Of a stretch of DNA of 64,000 nucleotides, positions 26,101 to 39,160 are shown piece after piece. The stretch covers positions 37,203,963-37,267,962 of the forward strand of contig NC_068995.1 in the NCBI RefSeq assembly GCF_001194135.2, in the 5' to 3' direction. This DNA is from Octopus bimaculoides. Its lineage: Eukaryota. Made by a program: the position numbers and the translations under genes. The stretch's first letter is position 1; every line of letters starts with the position of its first letter. Below the pieces are notes generated by a model. It made no database searches. It was not told the DNA's origin and saw only the letters and a program-made list of their open reading frames with translations.

Positions 26101-28391
26101 TTCGAACAATAATGATAATACTACAACAACAGTAATAATAGTAACCAGACACAAACATGAAATACGAGTTGGCATGAAAGAGTAATGTTTTATATTTATT
26201 CCAATATGTTTTTCACATGTAAATTTCTTTATATCATTTGAAGCGAATAGAGAAATTTAATGGTTACAAGGAGGAAAGCATTTACATCGATGCCATGGTG
26301 TCAAAACTTGTTTTACGCAGTTATATTTTAGCGCCGAAAATTGACTTCTCTCTCGTTCTACTAAATGTTGGTTCTCAGATATTTGGCTTCTAATTCAAAT
26401 TGATAACTACATAATAAGCTTCTAGTAATAAAAAATTGAGTTTACTTCAACTGAGCGACTTTACAAACAAATCTTACCCATATTAGCAAAGTGAATATAT
26501 TAAATATAGTGAAATTGTAGAATTAACATTCATCACATATTTCATAAGCTTCAGTTTAACAAAGTAGGTTTTTAGTAAACTATGAAATTCAGTTAATTCG
26601 CTTAGTTAGAGAAGAAGTTAAAACATTTAAATTATATAAAAGAAAATTATATATATATATACACATATAATTTCTAAATACTCATTAATATGAACTTATA
26701 AAATATTCATTCATATGAAATTCTCTTTGAGTAGTAGCTGGATGATATATTAGGGTACCAAACGTTTTCGGAAAAGACAACATTTGTTCACTTAACATCT
26801 ATGTTGTATGTATAATGATTAAATAACCTTAAATCTCAGAGTAATTACTTAGCTGGCTCCAGGAAGTTGCAATTGAACATTAGAGCTAAAGTAGAAACAC
26901 AATCTTACAACATGTATCTTTTAAATATTTTATGTCGAGAACAAATTATATCAGGTGTCCGAATAACGCAAAACATGAAAATTTTAACCTAAATAATAAG
27001 GCAAAACATCAAAAATTTTAAACCAAATAATTCATTCCAAAAGAATATTGATTTGTTACATGCAGGATTAATTTGACTGAGAATCAACTGTGTTTTATCA
27101 CGAACTTCCGCTGCACTAGCATGGATGTGATTGTGAAGGTTTTCATCTTATACTGATGTTTGGCCCAATGCTTTAAAAAATGGTTGGCTACCACGAGATT
27201 CTGGTGCGGTTCCATTGCGTGGCATCTATAGTACGAGTCGATTCGTACATTGTTAGAGAAGATAGGAAGAAGACAATTGTATAGAAGCATGTCGGATGGA
27301 TTGTGGTTGTAATTCAAAATATACAAGCATGTGACACATTGTATTACACTGACACTGTTTAAGCATTATGGTACTATGGTAAGGGTACACGTCAGGGTAA
27401 CTGTTCACTCATATAAACATTAATGCAAGGGCAAGTAATTCAGGTGACCACAAGAATGAATACTCCTTTTGAAAACTATCGGAGAGTGATCATCATTAGC
27501 ATTAAATATTTGAGATTGATATTCCTATTTGCTTGATTTTCAAAATCCTGCGCTTCAAAATGTTTGATATCTGCTTGCCATCAACATACACATGAAGTGT
27601 TAAAGTACCATTCATAAGTAAAGGTGACATCAACACCACAAAAATATTCCTTAAGTACAGAATTTGGAATGAAATTAAGATTTCAGAAGGGCGGTGTATT
27701 GTTATTTAATCGACGCCAATACCAATTCACTGGGATAAAAAGCCAGAATCAATCCAAGTAGGATTTATTTGAATCCGAAAATGTGACAACAAAAATAGCA
27801 CGCGTAATTTAGAGGAGAAATTTAACCATTTCTGCTACTACCACACGTCAGTCAGTATCAATTATAACTGATCGCTAGAAATTAGGCATCTAATCCATAT
27901 TTGCATATAAATTTTATGAGACAGAGAACGTTTATCGTGAAATGATCCTTGCCACACATTTTCAGTTACTCATAAATTCGAATAAGGAGAACAAGAATGA
28001 TTGGACGCAGATATCGTAAAATAACATTAAAATGATTCGACCTTCCTTTCAATAAATTACTATGTAAAACACAACTATTCCACAAACATTATTTTCTATG
28101 CAAAAAAAAAAAGAAAAAAAAAATCAAAGCATTAATATTAACCATTATGAGACATGTTATTTTTATATCCTAGTACTATACAAGTTTCTGTTTTTCATGG
28201 TATTTCCATGTGATATATAGTTTTTGATAAAGATAGTTGCATATTATCAGTAATCACAGTTATCAAAAAGTAATAAAAAGAAACAAGATTTTTTTCCACA
28301 CCCACCAATACTCTTCTCACCAATTGAATCCCGGTTAGTTATCATTATTTTTAACTAGTAACTCATGTGACATAATTGCTGCTGATGTTGG

Positions 28392-28650
28392 TTTCGTGGT
28401 TAGAATCTTTAGTACGCCGGGCAAAATGCTTAGCGATATTTCACCCGGCTTTACGCCTCTCTTGAAATTGCTGGCCTTGTGCCAAAATATGAAATCAGTA
28501 TTTTAAGCGCCTTTACCTTCTGAGCTCAAATTCCACTGTGGTTGACTTTGTCTTTCATCCTTTCAAGGTCGACGAAATAAGTACCAGCTGAACATTGAGG
28601 TCAATGTAATCGACTAACCCCCACTCCCAAAATTTCAGGCCTTTTGCAAA
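28392..28650 (+). mobile_element. SINE (GCCTT-type tail), partly rearranged
   Basis: CGCCGGGCAAAATGCTTAGCG, TGAGCTCAAATTCC and CTTTCATCCTTTCAAGGTCGA blocks. Confidence 0.75.
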
Positions 28651-29184
28651 ACCCAAATTGACTAACCCTGTAAGTGTGTTATAGCAACATTTAAATTAAA
28701 ATAATAGAAACAGTTTCCAAAATACTACTATTTGTTAACGAATCTTCAGTTTAAAACTGGATACATTATATAGATTCTTATTATATTAACTAAAATTTCC
28801 AGAGACAGAGGCAAGAAAACCGACTGTTTACTAAAATATACAACTTAACTAAAACAGTTGAAAACTAAAAAGAACATTGAAAAAATGTATATTTTATTAT
28901 TCTTCTGCTGGTCTCAGTCATTGGACTGCGGCCATGCCAGGACTCAACGTCATGCGATCATTTTCAACCCAGACCATTTTGAGAATTAAACGTGTTTTAC
29001 CGACGTTTAATGAAAAGTACATCATGTGAGGATAAACACAAACGCATATTTATATACATGTGCATTGGGTTTTTGCAAAGGCTACAATAAAAGATTCTTG
29101 ATAACGTATCTCGCATTAGGATGGAGCCCGAGACAATATAGTTGCAAAAGAGCCTGCTACCTACACACCCATGTTTTCACATAT

Positions 29185-29570
29185 AATTTATATGGCTGTG
29201 TAGTGAGGAGCTTGCTTCCCGATCGCATGGTTCTGGACTCAGTCCCACTGCGTGACACCTAGGGCATGTGTTTTTTACTATAGCCTTGGGCTGACCGAAG
29301 TCTTGTGAGTGGATTTGGTAGATAGAAACTGAGAGTAGCCCGTCATATATGTGTGTGTCTTTGTGCCTGGTTGACTCCACACCATCGCTGGACAACCGAT
29401 GTAGGTATTTTTACGTCCTCGTAACTTAGTAGTTTGGCAAAAGGGACCGATAGCATAAGCACTACGCTTCCAAAGAATAAGCCCTAAGTCGATTTGTTCG
29501 GCTAAAACCACTCAGGGCGGTGCTCCAGCATGACTGCAGTCAAATGTCTGAAACATGTAAAAGAATAAAA
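29185..29570 (+). mobile_element. Full-length copy of the second tRNA-derived SINE family
   Basis: GGCTGTGTAGTGAGGAGCTTGCTT head, TCAGTCCCACTGCGTGACACC, central (TG)n, tail GCGGTGCTCCAGCATG.C.GCAGTCAAATG.CTGAAACA.GTAAAAGA. Confidence 0.8.
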
Positions 29571-29571
29571 G

Positions 29572-29602
<31 letters not shown>

Positions 29603-29806
29603 CCACACACACACACACAAACACAAACACACACANNNNNNNNNNNNNNNNNNNNNNNNNNNNNNNNNNNNNNNNNNNNNNNNNNNNNNNNNNNNNNNNN
29701 NNNNNNNNNNNNNNNNNNNNNNNNNNNNNNNNNNNNNNNNNNNNNNNNNNNNNNNNNNNNNNNNNNNNNNNNNNNNNNNNNNNNNNNNNNNNNNNNNNNN
29801 NNNNNN

Positions 29807-29860
<54 letters not shown>

Positions 29861-29899
29861 TATATATATACAAAAACATACATATAAATAATACACATA

Positions 29900-29982
29900 C
29901 AGTAATCTCTCGACTATCGCGCAGGTGTTACGTTTCAAAACCCCCTGCGAGAGGTGAACCGTGATATGGTGAGGGATTACTG
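29900..29982. mobile_element. 83-bp Tc1/pogo-type MITE
   Basis: TA|CAGTAATCTCTC...GAGGGATTACTG|TA. Confidence 0.7.
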
Positions 29983-30069
29983 TACACACATATACATAAT
30001 ACATATATAATCCATGTGTACATAGTACATACATATTCCTCCTCATACATACATACGTACATACATGCA

Positions 30070-30253
30070 TACAAGTTCGTTCCGTTTTTCTATTTGTAGC
30101 GTTTAAATAGATTTCAGTAAGTCATTCTATACGAATACTGTGTGGATGGTTTGTTTCTATTTTACTTTTATTAAAATTGAAAATAGGGTAAAACGAGATA
30201 TATTTTCATGATTTGATGCTGTTTCATTATCGGAAACGAAAAAACGCTGTACA

Positions 30254-30289
<36 letters not shown>

Positions 30290-30690
30290 AATAATTTATG
30301 GAGATGATGTCATAGCTGAGAGGACCGTTCGGAAGTGGTTCACTAGGTTTAAGAATAAAATTTGTGATCTGGAAGATCGTTAACATTTTAGCAGGCCTAC
30401 AAGTCGAAACACTTAGAAAAAGAATAATCCCAATCATACTACACAGGATATCGCATAGATACGCTACACATCTCATATGAGCGTTATAAGGCATTTAGAA
30501 ACACTTGGATGCGTGATCGCTATGTTTAGGTGCCATATAATTTAATGGAAAAAACTTACCGAACCGCATTTTCTTATGTGATCCTCTGCTCAAACGCAAC
30601 AAAAACGATCCATTTTAAAAAGAACCAATACAGGCGATAAAAATATATTGCAGAGCGAGAAAGGCCCTGGATAAAATGGAATGAATCACC
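30070..30690 (+). mobile_element. Mariner transposase 5' fragment with an expanded poly-A run
   Basis: YFHDLMLFHYRKRKNAVQA, then an A-run (~30257-30286), then IYGDDVIAERTVRKWFTRFK...VIRHLETLG...LLKRNKNDPF. Confidence 0.8.
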
Positions 30691-31329
30691 TTTAATCTAT
30701 GCAAAAGCGAGTTAGTGTTCCAAGAAGGTGATGCTCCCTATCAGGTGGGATGGAAAGAACATAGTTTATTACGAGACCCTTCTGCAAATCAAGTAATGAA
30801 TCCAGATAATTATTGTTTCTATCAGACCCATTGAAGGCGGCAATCGATGAAAAATGCTCAGCGGTATTTCGCATGTCTTTAAGTTCTGAGTTCAAATCCC
30901 GCTGACGTCGACATTTTCTTTCATCATTTCGGGGTCGACTACATTTGGAATATAATCTCTATTCCTCTGTCAAATCATGTCTAGCCAATGTGGCAAAATA
31001 GGCCCATGAAACCTTTATAGTTTCAAGTTCAAATTCACGGCCTCTAAAACGGACCATGGTTGGTGGAGAGAACGTGTTGAAGCCTTCGTCCTATAGTGGA
31101 CTGAACATAGGCAACCGAATCCAATTCAAGGCCATTCCGACAGAAGTTTTCGCCCGTTACAACTGATTCAGTTAGTTTTACTGGAGAAAACAATAATTCA
31201 GTGGTATCAAACAACTTACACTGTGCTTCCTTGAAATAGAAGATGCGAGAGGTGTTTGAGGATACTTAATTATAAGTATATTACTGTCTTCAAACCGATT
31301 AAAACGTTTTTATTTCTTTTAGACCACAC

Positions 31330-32420
31330 CTGCCTGATATAACGTTAGCACAAAAAATAAATAAAAAGTGAAAAGAAAAATGTGTATAATTATCTTTGCC
31401 GTTCGTCCGGAACACAGAACTCTCCAAATGCTGCAAAATTTTTTTAAACACATATTTCAGATGGAATTAGAAGCATCTGTTAGGAATATTTCAACTGTAT
31501 CAAATAGAAAAACATTAACTAAACTTTCGGACACTATTAAGACATTGTGATTCATTCAGTGGCTGCAAAAGTTGGTGATCCCGGAAAATCAGTAAGGGGA
31601 ATCACCAAAAAAAAAAAAAAAAAAAAATTCAGGTGTCGGAATAAACTGTCAGAATTTCAGCGTCCGAGGACATCCAATACAAGTTGTATACGATGAGGAA
31701 AGGCCATGTCATGTCTGGAAAAGCACAGGAAAATTGTTTGAGCAGTATCAAACGGTTATTTAATAAATCTAAAATCTTTGACAGACATGGAAAGCTTTGG
31801 TTGTTCTCTGAAAAAAAAAATGCTTCGACCAAGATCAAAAGTCTAACAGGTCAAATGACAGAGGGTTATGTGAAGATCTTGCTGTTGTTCTCAGAGGAAT
31901 ACACACTGGGTTCCAGAAACTGATGGATGTAGGAATGTTGAGTAACGACAGCCATGTCATACCCTCTCACATCTTTCTAAGGGTTCTTAGAATTAATATT
32001 GCTGGATATGTTGAGGTGATGTGTTAAATTGATAATCCCTAAATAGATTAAGTATGGAGTGGAAGGCCATATGTATTTCGACAAGACCATATTTCTAACA
32101 CAATCGACGTAACTCAAGAATGAATATCTGACAACTTTTACGATAATGTAATCTACACTTACGGCCTTCAAATACGTCAGGTTTAAGTCCCATTGACACA
32201 ACTACGTTTGGAGCATTGTTTAAAGGTTGACTTACGCGACATCCTCACAGTAACATAGCTTCACTGAAAGCTGCTGTTGTCCTAGGGATGTCTTAAATGC
32301 AGAGTACAATTTAGCACAGGTATGTCAACGATTCCAGTCCCGCAGTTGAACGCGAGTTAATAGGATAAACTTAAAGAACTTAGTTAGAACATGTCTACGA
32401 GTGTTTATTAAAATACATTT
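31330..32420 (+). mobile_element. Decayed Tc1/mariner DD37D (maT-like) transposase
   Basis: YKLYTMRKGHVMSGKAQENCL...LWLFSEKKN...DQKSNRSNDR...RINIAGYVEV resemble the maT consensus. Family assignment is supported by similarity to the copy at 61740. Confidence 0.7.
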
Positions 32421-33698
32421 ATTAAAATACATTTGGGTTTTGCTAGATTAGAGTTGTTTTATTAACTTACTAAATATGCTCTCAAATACCTCACGCATCA
32501 TATAGGTCTAAGTGTATCTATCGACAGGATACTGCTGTTTTGTTGTTGATACTGCAGGTAGAGGCTTCCTTACATTCTTCTGCTTTATGTTATGTTAGGA
32601 TTCAGTTGTCCAAAGATCTTTCTCAATGTATGTGATGAGTATTGCTGCAGCTCATCCCAGTTTCTTATTCTCGAAAGTTTCCATTTATATAGTACCTGGA
32701 ATAATTGGAGTTCTTTGATCTTTACTCGATCGTTATGAAGATTAATGTTTCTCCACAAGGCAGGAATGAATCTGATTTTGCTCTTAATAGTTTATTTACT
32801 ATCGTGACTTTACTACATTTATTTATTTCTATTGCTGTTATGTTGCTCTAGGTTTGCCTTGATCGAGCATTTCTATATTCAAAGATGATTTAGACTTTAC
32901 CATAACATATTCTTCTACATTTACAATTCATTATCTGTGTGATTGTACATTTTTTTTCCAAAGACAGTAATGTGTTATTCAATGAAGATTTGATTGCTCT
33001 TTCTAGCAAATCAAGTTACTGCGCAGAGGCCTTTTCAATGGGAAATAATGCATACCATTGTCGTTAGATATAGCAATTATAAATGTGTGGGCGAATACTT
33101 AGAAATGTTGGTATCATGCTTCTTTATTGTATTATCATGTGCTGCTCACTGCCTGTGTATCAGTTGAAGTTGTGGAAATAGCTTCAGTGTCCGAATTTCG
33201 TTCAAATTATTCACAGCTTTTTTTGTTTAAATGATAATAATGTGGGATTGATACTTTTATGGCTTGACCATGGTATGATAGTGAAACTATTCCCTGTTCT
33301 TTGCGTCTATGATTAGATCTTTGAAATCTATAGGTCTTCAAGGAATTTCTAATTAATGGGTCAACAGCTTACAGTTCTGTAAGATTTCATGCCTGGGGAG
33401 AAAAAAACGAATTTTAGCAGCTTACCAATTTCACGTAGCCATATGTGTGTATAAAGGTTCAGCTCACAAGCAGAAAGAAAGATAATTCGAAGTATCGTTG
33501 TAAAAAGAAATCTATTTAAGAAACAAATTGGAAACTCGATATAAATGATAGAGTACAGAGAAAAGAATAATAACAAGTAAATGCAGTTTTAATACAATCT
33601 CTAAGGAAATTGACATCATGTCAAAGAGAACATAGAAAGTTTGAAAACATTCACATATATGAAATCTGCTTATGCACACATACAGAAATCTGTATATA

Positions 33699-33809
33699 CG
33701 AGGGGTGTATGAAAAGTCTTGAGCCTTCAAAAAACAAAACATGGTACAAGGCCTCTGACGAAGGTACAAGACGTCAAGGCTCAACACTTTTCATACACCC
33801 CTCCGCCCG
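33699..33809. mobile_element. ~110-bp mariner-derived MITE
   Basis: 27-bp TIRs (33700-33726, 33777-33803) with one mismatch; TA flanks. Confidence 0.8.
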
Positions 33810-34329
33810 TACATACAGGCATGCAAACATTTCCTCACATATATTCGATTATAAGAATTCTATGTCTCCACAAGTTATCACATTAGTAGTCTTGGTGAGG
33901 AGGAATTTTTCGTGAGAAATTCTAAAAATATATATTAAAAAATTACTATTGGTTACGAATCGCAAACCAAATCAATACTATGGAAACATTGACAGAAATA
34001 AATTAGTCTCTAATTCAGGCTACAGAAGAAAATACTTGTGGTTTTATGTTCTAGTAAGTCCTTTGGATACACAAATTCGCGCGGGCACATACACACACAT
34101 TCGCGCGCGCTCAGTTACTAACGAGGGATTATCAATCCGGAAGAAATACTTTATAAGCTCTCTGTTAATACGCCAGTCTAACAATTAATTTTAGACTAGT
34201 AAAAAACTTCGCGTATTCTTGTGGCAGGGTCCTAAGTTATAGTCCATCCCCATTCTATATTGCAAACCCATGGTTGTATTTTTAGTTCCCCGATTTTGTG
34301 TTTGTTATGTCTATTTTGTCTCGATTTCT

Positions 34330-34525
34330 ACGTAAGCCTTTTTATAGTTAATAAGGAAATAGATCCCCAAAATCTAATCAGTTCGTGCCAGTCACGAGGC
34401 CAAACATTCCTGAAAGTTTCATCTGAATCCATGCCGCGGTTGTGGAGATATCTTGTCCATCAACTAACAAATAAACAAACACGACTGTAAACTATACCTC
34501 TGCCTTCGCTAAGACGGAGATAATG
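34330..34525. repeat. Dispersed repeat end with a terminal hairpin (Helentron/DINE-like)
   Basis: TACCTCTGCCTT CGCT AAGACGGAGATA hairpin after AAACAAAC. Family recalled, not verified. Confidence 0.4.
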
Positions 34526-34586
34526 AAGCTGAAATAAAAAAAATATGTAAGGTAAGCGTTTATTTGGCAAACTATCACACACACAC

Positions 34587-34622
<36 letters not shown>

Positions 34623-35117
34623 NNNNNNNNNNNNNNNNNNNNNNNNNNNNNNNNNNNNNNNNNNNNNNNNNNNNNNNNNNNNNNNNNNNNNNNNNNNNNN
34701 NNNNNNNNNNNNNNNNNNNNNNNNNNNNNNNNNNNNNNNNNNNNNNNNNNNNNNNNNNNNNNNNNNNNNNNNNNNNNNNNNNNNNNNNNNNNNNNNNNNN
34801 NNNNNNNNNNNNNNNNNNNNNNNNNNNNNNNNNNNNNNNNNNNNNNNNNNNNNNNNNNNNNNNNNNNNNNNNNNNNNNNNNNNNNNNNNNNNNNNNNNNN
34901 NNNNNNNNNNNNNNNNNNNNNNNNNNNNNNNNNNNNNNNNNNNNNNNNNNNNNNNNNNNNNNNNNNNNNNNNNNNNNNNNNNNNNNNNNNNNNNNNNNNN
35001 NNNNNNNNNNNNNNNNNNNNNNNNNNNNNNNNNNNNNNNNNNNNNNNNNNNNNNNNNNNNNNNNNNNNNNNNNNNNNNNNNNNNNNNNNNNNNNNNNNNN
35101 NNNNNNNNNNNNNNNNN

Positions 35118-35335
35118 GTTTGTGTGTCTGTGTTTGTTCCCCCAACATCGCTTGACAACCGATGCTGGTGTGTTTACGTCCCCGTAATCTAGCAGTTCGG
35201 CAAAAGAGACCGATAGAATAAGTACTAGGCTTCCAAAGAATAAGTCCTGGGGTCGATTTGTTCGATTATAGGCGGTGCTCCAGCATGGCCGCAGTCAAAT
35301 AACTGAAACAAGTAAAAGAGTAAAGAGTAAAGAGT
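35118..35335 (+). mobile_element. 3' half of the second SINE family
   Basis: CGCTTGACAACCGATGCTGGTGTGTTTACGTCCCCGTAA...GGCGGTGCTCCAGCATGGCCGCAGTCAAAT. Confidence 0.85.
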
Positions 35336-36006
35336 ATATAGTTTGGAAATACATCTTGGGACATGTATTGTGGCTATGTATTTTTGGATAGCTGTATAAT
35401 ATGGGTACACACACACACACATATTTCCTTGGAGTGAATTTTCTTCAATTCGAAACGCTCTGTCATTTCTGGTGGCTGTTTCAGCGAAACAACTTCACTA
35501 AAATTAAATTTAATTCAACTATTAAAATTCTTGAAGTGTTGAAAAAACAAACTGTAAATTAAAAATTAAAAATCGCATTTAAATAATTTGTGCATTGATT
35601 CAGAACAAAATCGTTGAAATATGAGTTACGTGTGAACTTTAAATATTAGAAAAATCTAGAAAAAATTATAAAACGAGTGGAGTATGGTTGCTATAGGAAG
35701 TTAAAAATATGGACAGTGGAATTTAAAGTAGATTAAATACAATGTCAAAAACTAAACCCAAATAATAAGTCAGAAAATATTGATAAGTGAGAGTTATTAT
35801 GTGTTGAGGAGCGTGCCTAGTGTACAGTGTTTAACACTTTTGATGGCTGTGTGGTTAAGAGACTCAATTTGGGGTCACTGTTTTCAGCTTCAATATCTCA
35901 TTGCGCAGCTTCCTGGGCAAATGTCCTATACTATCGCCTTGGGCCAATTTTGAATGAATCTGGTTGATGGAAACTGTGAGGACGTCCATCGTACTCACAC
36001 GCACGT

Positions 36007-36037
<31 letters not shown>

Positions 36038-37026
36038 CGTGCGTATCTCTGTTGGTCACAAGAAACTTAGTGGCTCAGCAATAGGAATCGACAGATTAAG
36101 TCCTGGACTTTAAAAATATATGGACTGAGGGCGATTTGTTACACTAAACTCTTCAAGGGGTGTTCTAGTCTGGCTGCACTCCTATGACAAAAATTAAAAG
36201 ATAAAAGATTTTCATGACAACACGTGGAAACGCTTTTCTAAGCGAATATAATTTCTTAGGCTTTAGACATGTATAACTTACATGATCTGGTATTTTCAAC
36301 AAAGGATTTTGCACGCGTAACGATTTTCTAATGCAGGACTATATTATTTCAAAAATATATTAGGATATTTCATTTACTTCATGACTATTTAAGAGCACAG
36401 AGTACAGACACCACCATATCCATTCTTAAGCCACATTAAAAATAAAACATTAATATATAAAGTGTAAGCTACATTTAAATGGCAAAAAATATAACCTGAA
36501 TATCAATAAAAAGATTGCACCTGACCATCTCACTTGTAACAGGATCTGGAAGAATGTAGTGTTCGCAGATAGGGGAAACTGGAAACGGCTATATTAATCC
36601 TTTACACGTGGAAATCAGATATATCTCCTCAAAATATAATTACCGTTAACTGCAGAAAGCAGTTTTACCCCACAGTTTTGATGCAAAAATAAAGTAAACA
36701 ATGTCTTCTTATACTGTGTGAAGCGGAGATGCTCTCAGTGGCACTTTTTACAAAAGGTAATTTATCGGATTTTCTTAATTTGTTTCACATATTTCATCAA
36801 ATGTGTCTTAATATGATGTAACATATTTTTACTTTTAATTAAATATTTTTCTGTCTTTGTTCATTAAGTGCTATTACCTATTTGTTTCTACCTAGAAATC
36901 TAAGGAAATGACTACTATTCCCTTGAAACTTTACTTTTGTGACCTGGTCATCAATGTTTTGAAACTGACCTATTTTCCATTACATTTCAGACGGATTCAG
37001 CGCTGAGTTGCTGAAGCAGAAATATC

Positions 37027-37189
37027 CTTTTCTACTCTAGGCACAAGGCCCAAATTTTTTGTGGAGGGGGCCAGTCGGTTAGATCGACCCCGATATGCAA
37101 ATGGTACTTAATTCATCGACCCCAAAAGGATGAAAGGCAAAGTCGACCTCGGCGGAATTTGAACTCAGAACATAAAGACAAACGAAATA
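37027..37189 (-). mobile_element. 5'-truncated SINE with a perfect 15-bp TSD
   Basis: TGAAGCAGAAATATC at 37012-37026 and 37190-37204. Confidence 0.9.
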
Positions 37190-39160
37190 TGAAGCAGAAA
37201 TATCACTTTAACAAATATTCTGCTCAATGCCATAAATCTGCTTGTCACTTGCTTGACTATAACCACTTGAGCATGTTTCTTAGTGGCTAACAATATGTGC
37301 ATCTCTGATCATGAGCAGGAGTAGTGGAGGAGCATCATAGTGTTGTGTTGGGAGAGATTCTCGGAGGTTTGAATAAATGTAGCAAAAGTAAAGTTTGAAG
37401 GAAATATTAACAATTTTCCATACTTTCTATGGTATGCCAATACGAAATAACAGTTGCTACTCAAGAACAAAAATCAGGCTACATAGTGTAATCAAGTACT
37501 CTTTGTGGGGAATGTGAAAACCGTAGCCAAAGAAGATCCTGAAAAGGTATTTTAGAAGCAGAAAATATCAATTCCTTTTTTTTTTAATGGATAATTAACA
37601 TCATTGCGGGAATGACCATGAAATTCAATTCTGCAATGAAAGGTTTAAAAGAGACAAATCATTTGTCGTGGTTTATGTGGCTAAATAGTTGAATAATCTC
37701 CTTTGCAAGAAGGATTATAGAGTAACCTCTCTTTACTAAGTTTCTCGAAGCATCTGTGTCATGAGACGTGGTTCTTAATTATTCAAGAAGCTTAGCGTTT
37801 CTCTTGGAAATGTCTAGAATGTCTAGCGTTCCATTAATAAAAATAGCTTACTAACGCTGTTCTTTGCTTCGTAGACGATTAGTCTTAGAGCCATTCACGT
37901 CATTGCTATATCCGTCTGTTTCTCTACGCCACATGACGGAAAGCCAGTACTTATCTGTTATTTCTATATTTCCTATCTCTGAACTTTTATGAATAGATTA
38001 CTTCATTCAACTAGATTTCACTTTTTGATTATGTATCATTATCGACAAGTAAATAAAAAATATTTTAATGTAGTAAATATATATTTCTTGAATTTATTCT
38101 TCATCTCTCTATGAACTCTTGCAATAATATACACACAGCCATATCAACACCTGATACTGAATATATATTTCCACTACACATTCATCTAAATTTGGGTGAT
38201 GAGAATAGTCATACAGAAATTTTATTTAATATTTTTTCCTTAAAAAAACCTTATTTCTTTTATATTCCTCACTTTTAGTTCTTTCTTTCCAAGTTGCTTT
38301 CATTCATAACTCTTTCGCTTTCTTTCTAAATTGAAAATATCATAACAAGGTGAGCTCCTTCAGATTTACCTTTTATGACCGATTCTTTTTTCAGTTTGCA
38401 CTACTGAGATGTATTGTAAGGCTTAAGGTCAAATATCAGGGGGAGCTGATTCTCTTCGGGCTTTTTAGCTGGAGATTTCCGGATGAAATTGGGAATTTAA
38501 CAAAAGAAATAACTATACATATATTTTCCCTGAATGCTCATAGCGTAAGCAGAAATAGATTCTAATGCAGTACGGTCATGGTAACTGCGTGCAATAGATG
38601 CAGAAGTCAACTAAAGCTAACGGTAATAATGTCATTCAATTCACATGTTCATAAATGTAAAAAATATATAGACACCATACACGTTATAATGAAAGATGTT
38701 CATTGTGGATTACAGAAACCTATGATTATTGTATGGTCGCAGACATTGGAATCTGACAAGTTGTCTATAAGGCTAAACGCTTTATGTATGCGAAACAATT
38801 GGTCACTCTATGACTGGACATATATTTAACTTCATACAAATACATTACTGCTCTATCCTTTAGAGCGTGCTTTTTTTCGGATATATGATCCATACGCGCA
38901 TATATACTTATTTATAAACATATACAAAATATACAAATCTATATATATATTAAAGATTTATTATCATTAATAAAAATTATGCATGTCTTAGAATTATGAA
39001 GATGTGAACCCGTTATGGCAAGGTTTGTCATTTTCAGCGACTGCGTTGGAATTAATGGTGGTAGTGGTGGCGGTGGTGGTTAAATTTGCAAGTGCAATGT
39101 GTGAAAAAATTCTTTCTCTTTTTCCTGGTTTTCTTGTTTATTGTTGTTGAATTGGTTAGC

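Noticed and set aside
32480-33360. Possible additional decayed Dong/R4 RT on the minus strand (also a possible RTE remnant at 24300-24700)
   Set aside because: Similarity by eye is too weak and interrupted to support a call.
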